Source: Candidatus Omnitrophota bacterium (GTDB lineage: Bacteria > Omnitrophota > Gorgyraeia > B26-G9 > JBDRCZ01). Taken from it: 61,029 bases of DNA. Below the pieces are notes generated by a model. The model worked only from the letters and a program-made list of their open reading frames with translations, did not search any database and had not been told where the DNA came from. The number at the start of each line of letters is the position of its first letter. Positions within the stretch are counted from its first letter, which is position 1. The position numbers were made by a program, and so were the translations under genes. Shown here one piece after another: positions 27,321 to 35,416 of the stretch. Location: NCBI GenBank assembly GCA_043821285.1, contig JBDRCZ010000115.1:1-61029 (forward strand), read 5' to 3'.

Positions 27321-28889
27321 CTATTTTTTTAAGCGCTCCTGTGCCTTTTTCAGTTTTTGAGAAAATGTACCTTTTTTAAACTCGGACACCCACCCTTTCA
27401 TAATTATCCATCCGCCAAAACGTGTCAAGTTATTGCGCCAGGGCCGGTACCACTTTCTCCATCCTGCTTTAATATTATGCAAAAATAAAAGTAAAGCCGG
27501 GAAAGAAATAATCTGCAGCCCGACCAAAAACATATACTTAAACTGATAAAATTTCCCCATAATCTTGCGCATCGATATTTGCAATTCCTCCGCGGTCAAA
27601 GGCTTATCAGGCTCAAAAAGAGGAAAACTACCGTCATAATATTCCCAGCCAATATCTTGAATAGGATAAATCCGGTTTTGTCTTTTGAGTCTATGCCGTA
27701 ACTCTGTCCCCGGCAGAGGTACCGGTAACAAAACCTGTACCGTATCAACTTTTGATCGCTTGATAAAATTTTTGAAACGTTTTATGCGTTCTGCTGCTGA
27801 CATCTTTATCCCCGCGGCTTCTTTTAGCGGATAACCTAAGATAAACATTCCATGCACCAAAAAACCAAATTTATGATACGTCCTGGCAAGATCGATCATC
27901 CCTTCAGGTCTGATATGTTTCTGCATTGCCTCTAATTCTTCTTCTATTGGCGACTCAAAGCCAATCGCCACCGCATTAATCCCGGCCTGCCGCATGGCCA
28001 AAAGTAATTCCGGGTCATTAGCCTTATCCAGTCTTATCTGCACAGTGAAATCCAGCCTTCTGCCCACACTTCTCTGATAATCTTTGAGCATCGTACAGAA
28101 CTGTAATGTCTCCTGCCGGTATTGGCCAAACAGGTCATCAACAATAAAAAAATGTCTGGCATCACGAGTTTCTAATAAATAACGGATATTTTCAAGCTGG
28201 CGTTCAGGAGAGGCACAGCGGGGTTTACCTTTAACCGTACAGAACTCACAATCCATACCGCAGCCGCGAATCCTTCCCACCGGATACAATTTAATATTCG
28301 CATAACGCACTAAGGAAAAATTCGGCAGAGGCAATTTATCAAAATCCGTAATTGGCTTTCTCGGCTTGGTTAAAATAACCTTTTCATCTTTTAGGTAAGC
28401 AATGCCTTTTACCTGAGCTATGTCTTCTTTCTCTTTCAAAGCTCTCAGGAGCTCTTTTATTGTCTCCTCAGCTTCGCCAATCACGACATAATCAATATAA
28501 GAATGTATTGCTTCCGTTATATTTTCATCAATAAAATGCTGCCCTCCGGCAACCGTCACAACCCCTTTTTCTTTATAAAAACGCGCGATTTCATAAAGCC
28601 GGGGTATGGTACTTGTCAGCCCCCCATAGAAGCCTACGATATCCGCCGGCCGTTGCTGCTCTATAAAATCATGATTTGCCCCGATAGAGGGACTTTTTGG
28701 TCCGTACCGGCGAAGATTGTTTTCATCAATAACCTCAACATCCCACCCTTCCATCTCTTTAGCAACACTGGCCACACATACCGGCCCTAAGGCAGTAGTT
28801 ATTTTGGCAATATGTGAATAAACATTAAACGCCGGGTAAGCCGGAACAACAATCCTCAATCTGTGCCTTTTTTTTGATAGATCAAACAT
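27321..28889 (-). CDS. B12-binding-domain radical SAM protein (class B), function unknown
   Basis: 522 aa. N-terminal cobalamin-binding-like domain, CX3CX2C as GCGMDCEFCTV, and a hydrophobic C-terminal segment (FLVGLQIISFPALLLFL). Confidence 0.75.
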   Translation of the reverse strand: MFDLSKKRHRLRIVVPAYPAFNVYSHIAKITTALGPVCVASVAKEMEGWDVEVIDENNLRRYGPKSPSIGANHDFIEQQRPADIVGFYGGLTSTIPRLYEIARFYKEKGVVTVAGGQHFIDENITEAIHSYIDYVVIGEAEETIKELLRALKEKEDIAQVKGIAYLKDEKVILTKPRKPITDFDKLPLPNFSLVRYANIKLYPVGRIRGCGMDCEFCTVKGKPRCASPERQLENIRYLLETRDARHFFIVDDLFGQYRQETLQFCTMLKDYQRSVGRRLDFTVQIRLDKANDPELLLAMRQAGINAVAIGFESPIEEELEAMQKHIRPEGMIDLARTYHKFGFLVHGMFILGYPLKEAAGIKMSAAERIKRFKNFIKRSKVDTVQVLLPVPLPGTELRHRLKRQNRIYPIQDIGWEYYDGSFPLFEPDKPLTAEELQISMRKIMGKFYQFKYMFLVGLQIISFPALLLFLHNIKAGWRKWYRPWRNNLTRFGGWIIMKGWVSEFKKGTFSQKLKKAQERLKK

Positions 28890-29039
28890 AATTAATCAAT
28901 CTCCTCTGTAGTAAGCTACGGTCTATCTTTATATTCGTAAAACACGTTGTATTTTTCGTATTTAGAAGCAGAACCGGATTGAATTTTACCTCTTTTTTAC
29001 ACATCTTACAAGCAAAATATTGTTTTAAGAAAAATTGAG

Positions 29040-30614
29040 TTATTTTTTAGCTTTTTTTGCTTTAGTTATTGTTAATCCTGGGCCTTTCCGTTTTTTCCTA
29101 AAGTATGCCAGCAATTTTTCTGCTTCATTAAATGGCAGGGTGACAAAAGAAAACTTATTAAGAATTTGAATATCTCTTATTTTATCGCCTCCTATGCGAC
29201 AGGTATCCTTAATAAAATTTATTAATTTATTATGTGTTAAGCCATCTTCTTTGCCGTGGGTTACGAAAAGGCGGGTTTTGCCTTTAATATCAATCGCCAC
29301 ATCTTTTATTTGAGCATAATTCTTTTTACTTAGTTCTTCTGAAAATGAATATTGCAATAAAGCGGCAATCATATCATTGGGTTCATTATTTCTTAGAAGT
29401 TCTTTAGCCATATCTAAATATTCTGGTAAAGGGCGTGCTTTGATAATATCATCAAGATCGGTTTTAATTCTTAATTTTTTTGTGTTTATAACGTCATTAA
29501 CATTAGGTAGTTCTGCCCGCCGGATATTAGTTTTTGCTTTTCTTTGGATAAATTGCAATTTTCGATATTCTGATGGTGTAATAAATGTAATCGCATTGCC
29601 CTCGTTTCCGGCACGGCCGGTACGTCCAATTCGATGAACGTATGATTTTGGATCTTGAGGGAGAGCGTAGTTTATGACATGAGTGAGATTATGAACGTCT
29701 ATACCACGTGCCGCAACATCCGTGGCTACAAGTATGTTTATTAGTCCTTTTTTAAACTTGTTTAGTATCTTTTCTCTTTGCGATTGGGATATATCTCCAT
29801 GCAAAGCATCCGCGTCGTAACCACGTTCGGTCAAATGACTGGCAACAGTATTGACATCAATTTTTGTTCGGCAAAATATTAATCCATAAAACTTTTCTTC
29901 AATATCAATAATTCTACAAAGGGCTTCGAATTTATCAGTCACAGAGACCTCAAAATAAATTTGTTCTGTTTGGCTAACCGTAAGCTGTCCTTTTGTTACT
30001 TTGAAAAAAATATACTCTTTCATATAATTTTTAGCAATTTGCAGTATTTCCGAAGACATGGTTGCGGAAAAAAGCATTGTTCTTTTTTTACTGCTTGTAC
30101 TTTTCATGATTTCCTTAACATCGTCAAAAAATCCCATATCTAACATTTCGTCAGCTTCGTCTAAGACAAGATACGATATTTGATCTAACTTTAACGTGTG
30201 GCGTTTTAAATGGTCAATAATTCTCCCCGGGGTACCAACAACAATATCCACCCCTTTTTTCAACATTCGCAGTTGTAATTGTATTGCTTGTCCGCCATAT
30301 ATGGGAATAATGGTTAATTTTTTGTGTCCTTTTAATAGATTTATTTCCTCGGCTACTTGTATTGATAGCTCTCTTGTTGGCGTTAGAATTAAAGCGCCAA
30401 CTGCTGCGGCATTTTCTTCTATCCGTTCTATGATCGGAAGGCCAAAAGCGGCGGTTTTACCCGTTCCGGTTTGTGCTTGACCTACGATATCTTTTTTTTC
30501 GAACAGTATTGCAGGAATAATTTTCTCCTGTATTGGGGTAGGTTCTTCAAATCCTCTTTGATTTAATACGTTAAGCAGGTTATCCGATAGACCCAAATCT
30601 TTAAAAGATTTCAT
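29040..30614 (-). CDS. DEAD-box ATP-dependent RNA helicase (DeaD/CsdA-like, with DbpA-type C-terminal RNA-binding domain)
   Basis: Q motif, AQTGTGKT, PTRELS, DEAD (VLDEADEM), SAT, HRIGRTGRAG. Start moved to ATG 30614 (MKSFKDLGL), which follows GAAAGGAAA. Confidence 0.9.
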   Translation of the reverse strand: MKSFKDLGLSDNLLNVLNQRGFEEPTPIQEKIIPAILFEKKDIVGQAQTGTGKTAAFGLPIIERIEENAAAVGALILTPTRELSIQVAEEINLLKGHKKLTIIPIYGGQAIQLQLRMLKKGVDIVVGTPGRIIDHLKRHTLKLDQISYLVLDEADEMLDMGFFDDVKEIMKSTSSKKRTMLFSATMSSEILQIAKNYMKEYIFFKVTKGQLTVSQTEQIYFEVSVTDKFEALCRIIDIEEKFYGLIFCRTKIDVNTVASHLTERGYDADALHGDISQSQREKILNKFKKGLINILVATDVAARGIDVHNLTHVINYALPQDPKSYVHRIGRTGRAGNEGNAITFITPSEYRKLQFIQRKAKTNIRRAELPNVNDVINTKKLRIKTDLDDIIKARPLPEYLDMAKELLRNNEPNDMIAALLQYSFSEELSKKNYAQIKDVAIDIKGKTRLFVTHGKEDGLTHNKLINFIKDTCRIGGDKIRDIQILNKFSFVTLPFNEAEKLLAYFRKKRKGPGLTITKAKKAKK

Positions 30615-30927
30615 ATTATTTTTTCCTTTCAAAGTACGCCAGCGGTATGAATTCACCAACGCTTTAAAAACCGTCAGGTTTTCAAATTCAGTTCATCCCA
30701 AAAAATGCAATAGCATTTTTGCCCAAAGGACCAAGTCCCGGTAATCTTTCCGATTAGCGGAGATTGGGGTAATTGCAAATTTTGCCGGCACCTTTTCTTA
30801 CCGATAATCCGATAATCTTCAGTTTCTAATGCAAAATTTGGGCGCACACTTAATTAGCATCTATTTTACCCCAGATTTTACATGTTTCACAAGTAAAATC
30901 TGTCCCGTGGAATTTCATGAGAATTCC

Positions 30928-31127
30928 CGGGAATAAAAATTTTCCTTCGGCTTGACCATCCCTCCGCCACAATGCATTGGCGGATCTTCGATGTAGCAAG
31001 ACTACCGGGTATTTTGCCAAGCTGATGAGGCAATGCAGCACCGGAAATTTCTTATCCATTTGAAAACCGTAGGTTTTCAAACTTTCCCTCCAAAAGATCA
31101 CCCTCTAGCAAGCTATAGGGAATAATT
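30928..31127 (-). repeat. SD-hairpin-AUG leader element, copy B, long form (creates phantom ORF 30850..31101)
   Basis: 31052-31107 is identical to copy A. The downstream part shares blocks with the glmS leader (gggtattWtgccaagctgatg, aataaaaaWtttccttc). Confidence 0.7.
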
Positions 31128-31282
31128 AAGTTTAAGCTCAAACGATCTCTGAAGCATTAATCGTTCCCGTAAGTTTTCCGCAAGCATATGTTTTTACATC
31201 TGTCATATCCGCAGCGCGTGGGACAAATGTTCCGCAAACACCCCTTTGCGCTGAAAACCTCTTCTCGCAGCTTATATGTTGC

Positions 31283-31310
31283 ATAATATCAGGCAAATTT
31301 AGCAAGGCAA
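31283..31310 (-). promoter_or_regulatory. Candidate sigma70-type promoter (TTGCCT-16-TATTAT)
   Basis: -35 at 31305-31310 and -10 at 31283-31288 on the minus strand. It would give a ~660-nt leader for the helicase. Sequence match only. Confidence 0.3.
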
Positions 31311-31445
31311 TTTGATAAGGTAAATTTTCCTCCGTCGAAGGTAGACAGGTTACTCAGGTGAGGATATAGGGTGGGGTAACCTTGAAAATCAATAATCGAA
31401 ATTTAACCGCGTGGTTATATACTAACTATTTGCTATTAGCTATCT

Positions 31446-31524
31446 TGGCGGGCCCGACGGGATTTGAACCCGCGTTCTTCAGATCGACAGTCTGACGTGT
31501 TTGACCGAGCTACACCACGGGCCC
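31446..31524 (-). tRNA. tRNA-Asp (GUC), CCA encoded
   Basis: Hand-folded cloverleaf: GGGCCCG-TG-GTGT..ACAC-G-TCAGA-CTGTCGA-TCTGA-AGAAC-GCGGG-TTCAAAT-CCCGT-CGGGCCC-G-CCA. Confidence 0.9.
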
Positions 31525-31630
31525 GTTTTGGTAATAATTAATCATCTTTAACTATTGGCTGCTTTTTCCCATTTGCTATTTTCAGTTCTCGTCCCTTTAT
31601 TGGCTGCTGTAAACTGTTCCCTGCTTTACC

Positions 31631-31707
31631 TGGTGGGCGGAGCAGGGCTCGAACCTGCGGCCTCTTCCGTGTAAGGGAAGCGCTCTGACCAACTGGGCTA
31701 CCCGCCC
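31631..31707 (-). tRNA. tRNA-Val (UAC), CCA encoded
   Basis: Hand-folded cloverleaf: GGGCGGG-TA-GCCC..GAGC-G-CTTCC-CTTACAC-GGAAG-AGGCC-GCAGG-TTCGAGC-CCTGC-TCCGCCC-A-CCA. Confidence 0.9.
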
Positions 31708-31767
31708 TTTAAGTAATATTTGGATAAATGATTATTTTTTTTGCTGCGTAAAAATAAATCAGGCTTC

Positions 31768-31795
31768 ATTATATCAAAAAATTAATTTATGTCAA
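31768..31795 (-). promoter_or_regulatory. Consensus sigma70 promoter for the tRNA-Val/tRNA-Asp operon
   Basis: Minus strand: TTGACA (31790-31795), 16-nt spacer, TGATATAAT (extended -10; TATAAT at 31768-31773). About 60 nt upstream of the tRNA-Val 5' end. Confidence 0.7.
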
Positions 31796-31860
31796 GGTAT
31801 TAGTATAAATGCTTTAGATATATCTGCGATCATCTGTGTATTACAAGAATTGTAATAATA

Positions 31861-33831
31861 TCATTCCACGGTCACTGACTTTGCTAAATTTCGCGGCTGG
31901 TCAATATCACAGCCTAATCCTGTGGCAATATAGTATGCTAATAGCTGTAATGGTAATATTACAAGCATTGGCGAAAATAATTCATTTACCTTGGGTATTT
32001 CAATTAAAAAATCAGTGTACTCTTTTTTCTTTAGTTCCCTATCCCCTTCTGTTGCAATAGCAACCACCACCCCCTTACGTGCCTTTATCTCTTTTATGTT
32101 TGATAGCATTTTATCATATATGCTGGATTTTGGAGCAATACAGATTACCAGAGGAAATTCATCAATCAAAGCAATCGGCCCGTGTTTCATTTCTCCGGCA
32201 GCATAGCCTTCAGCACTGACATAGGATATTTCCTTAAGTTTTAACGCTCCCTCTAACGCACTGGGATAGTTTATGTTCCGGCCTAAATATAAAAACGGAA
32301 AATCACCAAACCTGCGGCCATATTTTTGCACATGCTGTTCCGTAAGACGTTGGGCATACATTAGCGCCTTTGTCTTATCTTTAAAATCATCAATTTCATC
32401 CTGTAAACATCCTAACTGTTCTGCTAAACGATGTTTGTATTTTTCTACATAATAATGCGCGGTAAATCTGATCTTTCCCAGATTGGCCAAGATGTGCTGC
32501 ATTAACCGTGGTACTTTTCTAAGTTCAGACAGGAGTGCAGATATCGCTTTAGGCTTAAGCTCATCTCTTAAACGGGAAAGAAATAATGTAAATAAATAAA
32601 ATATCGCCAGCTGGGCAGTATAAGCCTTGGTTGAGGCAACCGCAATCTCCGGACCAGCGTAGGTATAAATTACCCCGTCTGATTCCCGGGCAATAGACGA
32701 GCCTAAAACATTACATATCGCCAAAACTACTGCCCCGTGTTTTTTCGCTTCTCTCAAGCTCGCTAAGGTATCGGCAGTTTCACCGGATTGGCTGACAACA
32801 ATTAAAAGAGTTTTTCCTTTATGAATTATTGGTGAACGGTAACGGTATTCGCTGGAATTATCTACATTGACCGGAATTCGCGTAAAACGTTCCAGCATAT
32901 ATTTACCGCATAATCCCGCATGATATGCTGTGCCACAGGCAACAATATCAATACTGGTTATTCTTTTAAACTGTTTTTCTTGAATTACAAGTTCTGAAAA
33001 ATTAATTTTGTTTTTTTTGATCCGGCTCTCTAAAATCTTTTTCAAAACCTGCGGCTGCTCGTTAATCTCTTTAATCATAAAATGCGGATACCCTTCTTTT
33101 TCGGCAGAAGCAGCATCCCATGATATGGTATGTATTTTTTTTCTTATTGGCCTGGAATTAATATCTGTAACTACCACATCTTGATCCGTTAAAACCGCAA
33201 CTTCAAAATCATCAATATAAATTATTTTTTTCGTCTGGTTTAGAATCGCCGGGACATCCGAGGCAATAAAATTTTCATCTTTGCCAATCCCAATGATTAA
33301 AGGGCTATCGTGGCGGACAGCAATAAGTTTTCTTGGCTCTTTATTACAAATGACCCCCAGGGCGTAAGAACCTTTTATTTTCTTTATTGCCTGCCTTACT
33401 GCTTGAGCTAAATCATTCCGATAGTAATGCTCAATAAGATGCGCAACTACTTCGGTATCAGTCTGCGAGATAAAATGGTGCCCTTGTTTACTAAGCCCGG
33501 TCTTTAACTCCTGAAAGTTTTCAATGATCCCGTTATGTACGACAACAATATCTCCCCGGCAATCTTTATGCGGATGAGCATTTATCTGGCTGGGCTCGCC
33601 GTGTGTTGCCCAGCGGGTATGGCCGATGCCAATCGTACCGGACAACCGGCTTTTTTCTACACTATCATTTAAAACTTTAAGTTTTCCTTCTTTTTTCCGC
33701 ACAAAAATCCGGCCGTGTTCGATGGTCGCAATACCTGCAGAATCATACCCGCGGTATTCAAGCCGGTTTAACCCGTCGATAAGTATATCCTGCGCATTTC
33801 TGTTCCCGATATAACCAACTATGCCACACAT
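31861..33831 (-). CDS. glmS: Glutamine--fructose-6-phosphate aminotransferase
   Basis: MCGIVGYIG Ntn start, two SIS domains, C-terminal DQPRNLAKSVTVE. At 656 aa it is ~47 aa longer than the E. coli enzyme (insertion near residues 451-512). Confidence 0.93.
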   Translation of the reverse strand: MCGIVGYIGNRNAQDILIDGLNRLEYRGYDSAGIATIEHGRIFVRKKEGKLKVLNDSVEKSRLSGTIGIGHTRWATHGEPSQINAHPHKDCRGDIVVVHNGIIENFQELKTGLSKQGHHFISQTDTEVVAHLIEHYYRNDLAQAVRQAIKKIKGSYALGVICNKEPRKLIAVRHDSPLIIGIGKDENFIASDVPAILNQTKKIIYIDDFEVAVLTDQDVVVTDINSRPIRKKIHTISWDAASAEKEGYPHFMIKEINEQPQVLKKILESRIKKNKINFSELVIQEKQFKRITSIDIVACGTAYHAGLCGKYMLERFTRIPVNVDNSSEYRYRSPIIHKGKTLLIVVSQSGETADTLASLREAKKHGAVVLAICNVLGSSIARESDGVIYTYAGPEIAVASTKAYTAQLAIFYLFTLFLSRLRDELKPKAISALLSELRKVPRLMQHILANLGKIRFTAHYYVEKYKHRLAEQLGCLQDEIDDFKDKTKALMYAQRLTEQHVQKYGRRFGDFPFLYLGRNINYPSALEGALKLKEISYVSAEGYAAGEMKHGPIALIDEFPLVICIAPKSSIYDKMLSNIKEIKARKGVVVAIATEGDRELKKKEYTDFLIEIPKVNELFSPMLVILPLQLLAYYIATGLGCDIDQPRNLAKSVTVE

Positions 33832-33975
33832 ATCAATTCACTCCTAATAAAAAATTTCCTTCAATTTGACTATCATTATCTCAAAACTACAGGGTATTAT
33901 GCCAAGCTGATGTTGTCTCGCAACACCAGAAATTTTTTATCCATTTGAAAACCGTAGGCTTTCAAACTTTCCCTT
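33832..33975 (-). promoter_or_regulatory. SD-hairpin-AUG leader element, copy C, long form (glmS leader; mini-ORF MDKKFLVLRDNISLA)
   Basis: Sense strand: GGGAAAGTTTGAAAGCCTACGGTTTTCAAATGGATAAAAAATTTC...GGAAATTTTTTATTAGGAG then the glmS ATG. Shares blocks with copy B. Confidence 0.6.
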
Positions 33976-34071
33976 TTATTTCCTCTTTCGCCCGCCAGCG
34001 CCTTGTGGAGGGTCATTCGTCATTTTTTAACCGTCTGGTTTATTTTTATATCAGTGAACATCAGTATTTTC

Positions 34072-35304
34072 TCATCTGCGATCATCTGTGTATTTATTCC
34101 AAACAATTCTGCCCTCAACAACCGTCATCCAGACTCTAAAATATTTATCAAAAATTACAAGATCGGCATCTTTACCCACACCAATACTACCCTTTTGCTT
34201 ATCTATTCCTAATACTCTTGCCGGATTAGTTGATGCCAGTTTCACAGCATCCACCAGCGTCAATCCGGTTAATTTAACAACATTCTTTACTGCTTCAATC
34301 ATTGTTAAGGTACTGCCGGCAAGGCGGCCGGTTTTAAGCTGAAAAACTCTGCCTTTTTTTACTGCGCTCGTAATATCCGCCAAAGCAACGGAATCCGTTA
34401 CCAAGACTATTTTATCCGTTCCTTTAGAATTTATCAATAGTTTTAATAAATCGGGCCCCACATGCACCCCATCAGCAATAACCTCAGCGAATATCCGGGG
34501 CGATTTTAAAATTACCCCCACTGCTCCGCAATCAGCCTTTTTAATTTTAGACATCCGGTTATATGTATGCGTGGCATATGTCACGCCTTTGGCTACGGCT
34601 TGTTCGGCACAAGCAGCAGTGGCATTTGTATGCCCCATAGCAATTATAATATGCTTCTTTTTAAGAACAGGGAAAAGTTCAAAAATACCGCCCAGTTCCG
34701 GGGCAAGGGTTATAATCCTTACTAAACCAATTGATTTTTTAATTAAAGCATGCAGCAATTTTTTGTCTGTTTGCGCCGTGCATTTTACCGGGATTGCCCC
34801 GCTCATTTTTCTGTTAATAAACGGCCCCTCAAGGTGTATCCCAAGCATACGTGCACCGGTGATTTTCTTAGTTTTCAATAATTCAAGTTGTTCCAAAACC
34901 CGCTTTAAATCTTTTTCCAATGGCGTATACAAAAAACCTGTGGTGCCGGATCTTACAAAATGTCCGGAAACATGCTCCGCATCCCCGTGCACGTGCAAAT
35001 CAATAAATCCCGGGGCAGCAAACCGCCCGTCAACATCTATCGTCAACCCCCTCTTTCTAAACTTAGCACCCAGACAGGTAATCTTCGAACCCTGCACAAT
35101 AATTTCACCAGATATTATTTTCTCCGGTAAAACTATCCTGGCATTTTTTAAATGAATCTCCCCCGTCTCTTGAGACGAAGTATCTTCATAATCGGGGAAT
35201 GCGCTGTATTTTCCGGCTTTTCTATATTTCATATATTCTGCCCGCTTTACCTCAAACATCCTGTTGATTCCCTCGGAGAAATTCCGGGGCAATTTTTTAT
35301 CCAA
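34072..35304 (-). CDS. nagA: N-acetylglucosamine-6-phosphate deacetylase
   Basis: Amidohydrolase fold: GFIDLHVHG, GIHLEGPF, MGHTNAT, THTYNRM, DSVA. True start uncertain; the ORF-track TTG at 35304 sits in a leader-like MDKK sequence, and the conserved body begins ~50 codons later (IHLKNARIVLPEK). Confidence 0.85.
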   Translation of the reverse strand: MDKKLPRNFSEGINRMFEVKRAEYMKYRKAGKYSAFPDYEDTSSQETGEIHLKNARIVLPEKIISGEIIVQGSKITCLGAKFRKRGLTIDVDGRFAAPGFIDLHVHGDAEHVSGHFVRSGTTGFLYTPLEKDLKRVLEQLELLKTKKITGARMLGIHLEGPFINRKMSGAIPVKCTAQTDKKLLHALIKKSIGLVRIITLAPELGGIFELFPVLKKKHIIIAMGHTNATAACAEQAVAKGVTYATHTYNRMSKIKKADCGAVGVILKSPRIFAEVIADGVHVGPDLLKLLINSKGTDKIVLVTDSVALADITSAVKKGRVFQLKTGRLAGSTLTMIEAVKNVVKLTGLTLVDAVKLASTNPARVLGIDKQKGSIGVGKDADLVIFDKYFRVWMTVVEGRIVWNKYTDDRR

Positions 35305-35416
35305 AATACAAAACCCCAGAATTTTTTCTGGGATTTTTCTAATAAGAAATTTCCTTTATATTGATCACCGCTGTAACAAAGTCTACGGTCTATGGTCTGT
35401 AGTCTGAACCATGTTT

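Noticed and set aside
30850-31101. 83-aa ORF (MIFWRESLKTYGFQMDKKFPVLHC...) as a protein-coding gene
   Set aside because: Its first 18 codons are identical to the false N-terminal extension of the response regulator (ORF 26604..27032), because both lie in the duplicated 56-nt leader. No SD of its own. The rest of the ORF is hairpin-rich sequence with blocks shared with the non-coding glmS leader. Treated as a repeat artefact.
33832-33990. glmS ribozyme upstream of glmS
   Set aside because: I find none of the conserved glmS-ribozyme core stretches I remember. The leader instead belongs to a repeat family also found upstream of unrelated genes.
34571-35155. Long + strand ORFs (194 aa here; also 734..1216, 11349..11837, 24768..25283, 26172..26636, 36574..37041, 44637..45074, 53091..53540) as genes
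   Set aside because: All lie antisense within well-supported minus-strand genes. They have low-complexity Ser/Leu/Pro/Ile-rich translations, no SD and no recognisable domains. These are shadow ORFs typical of AT-rich DNA.
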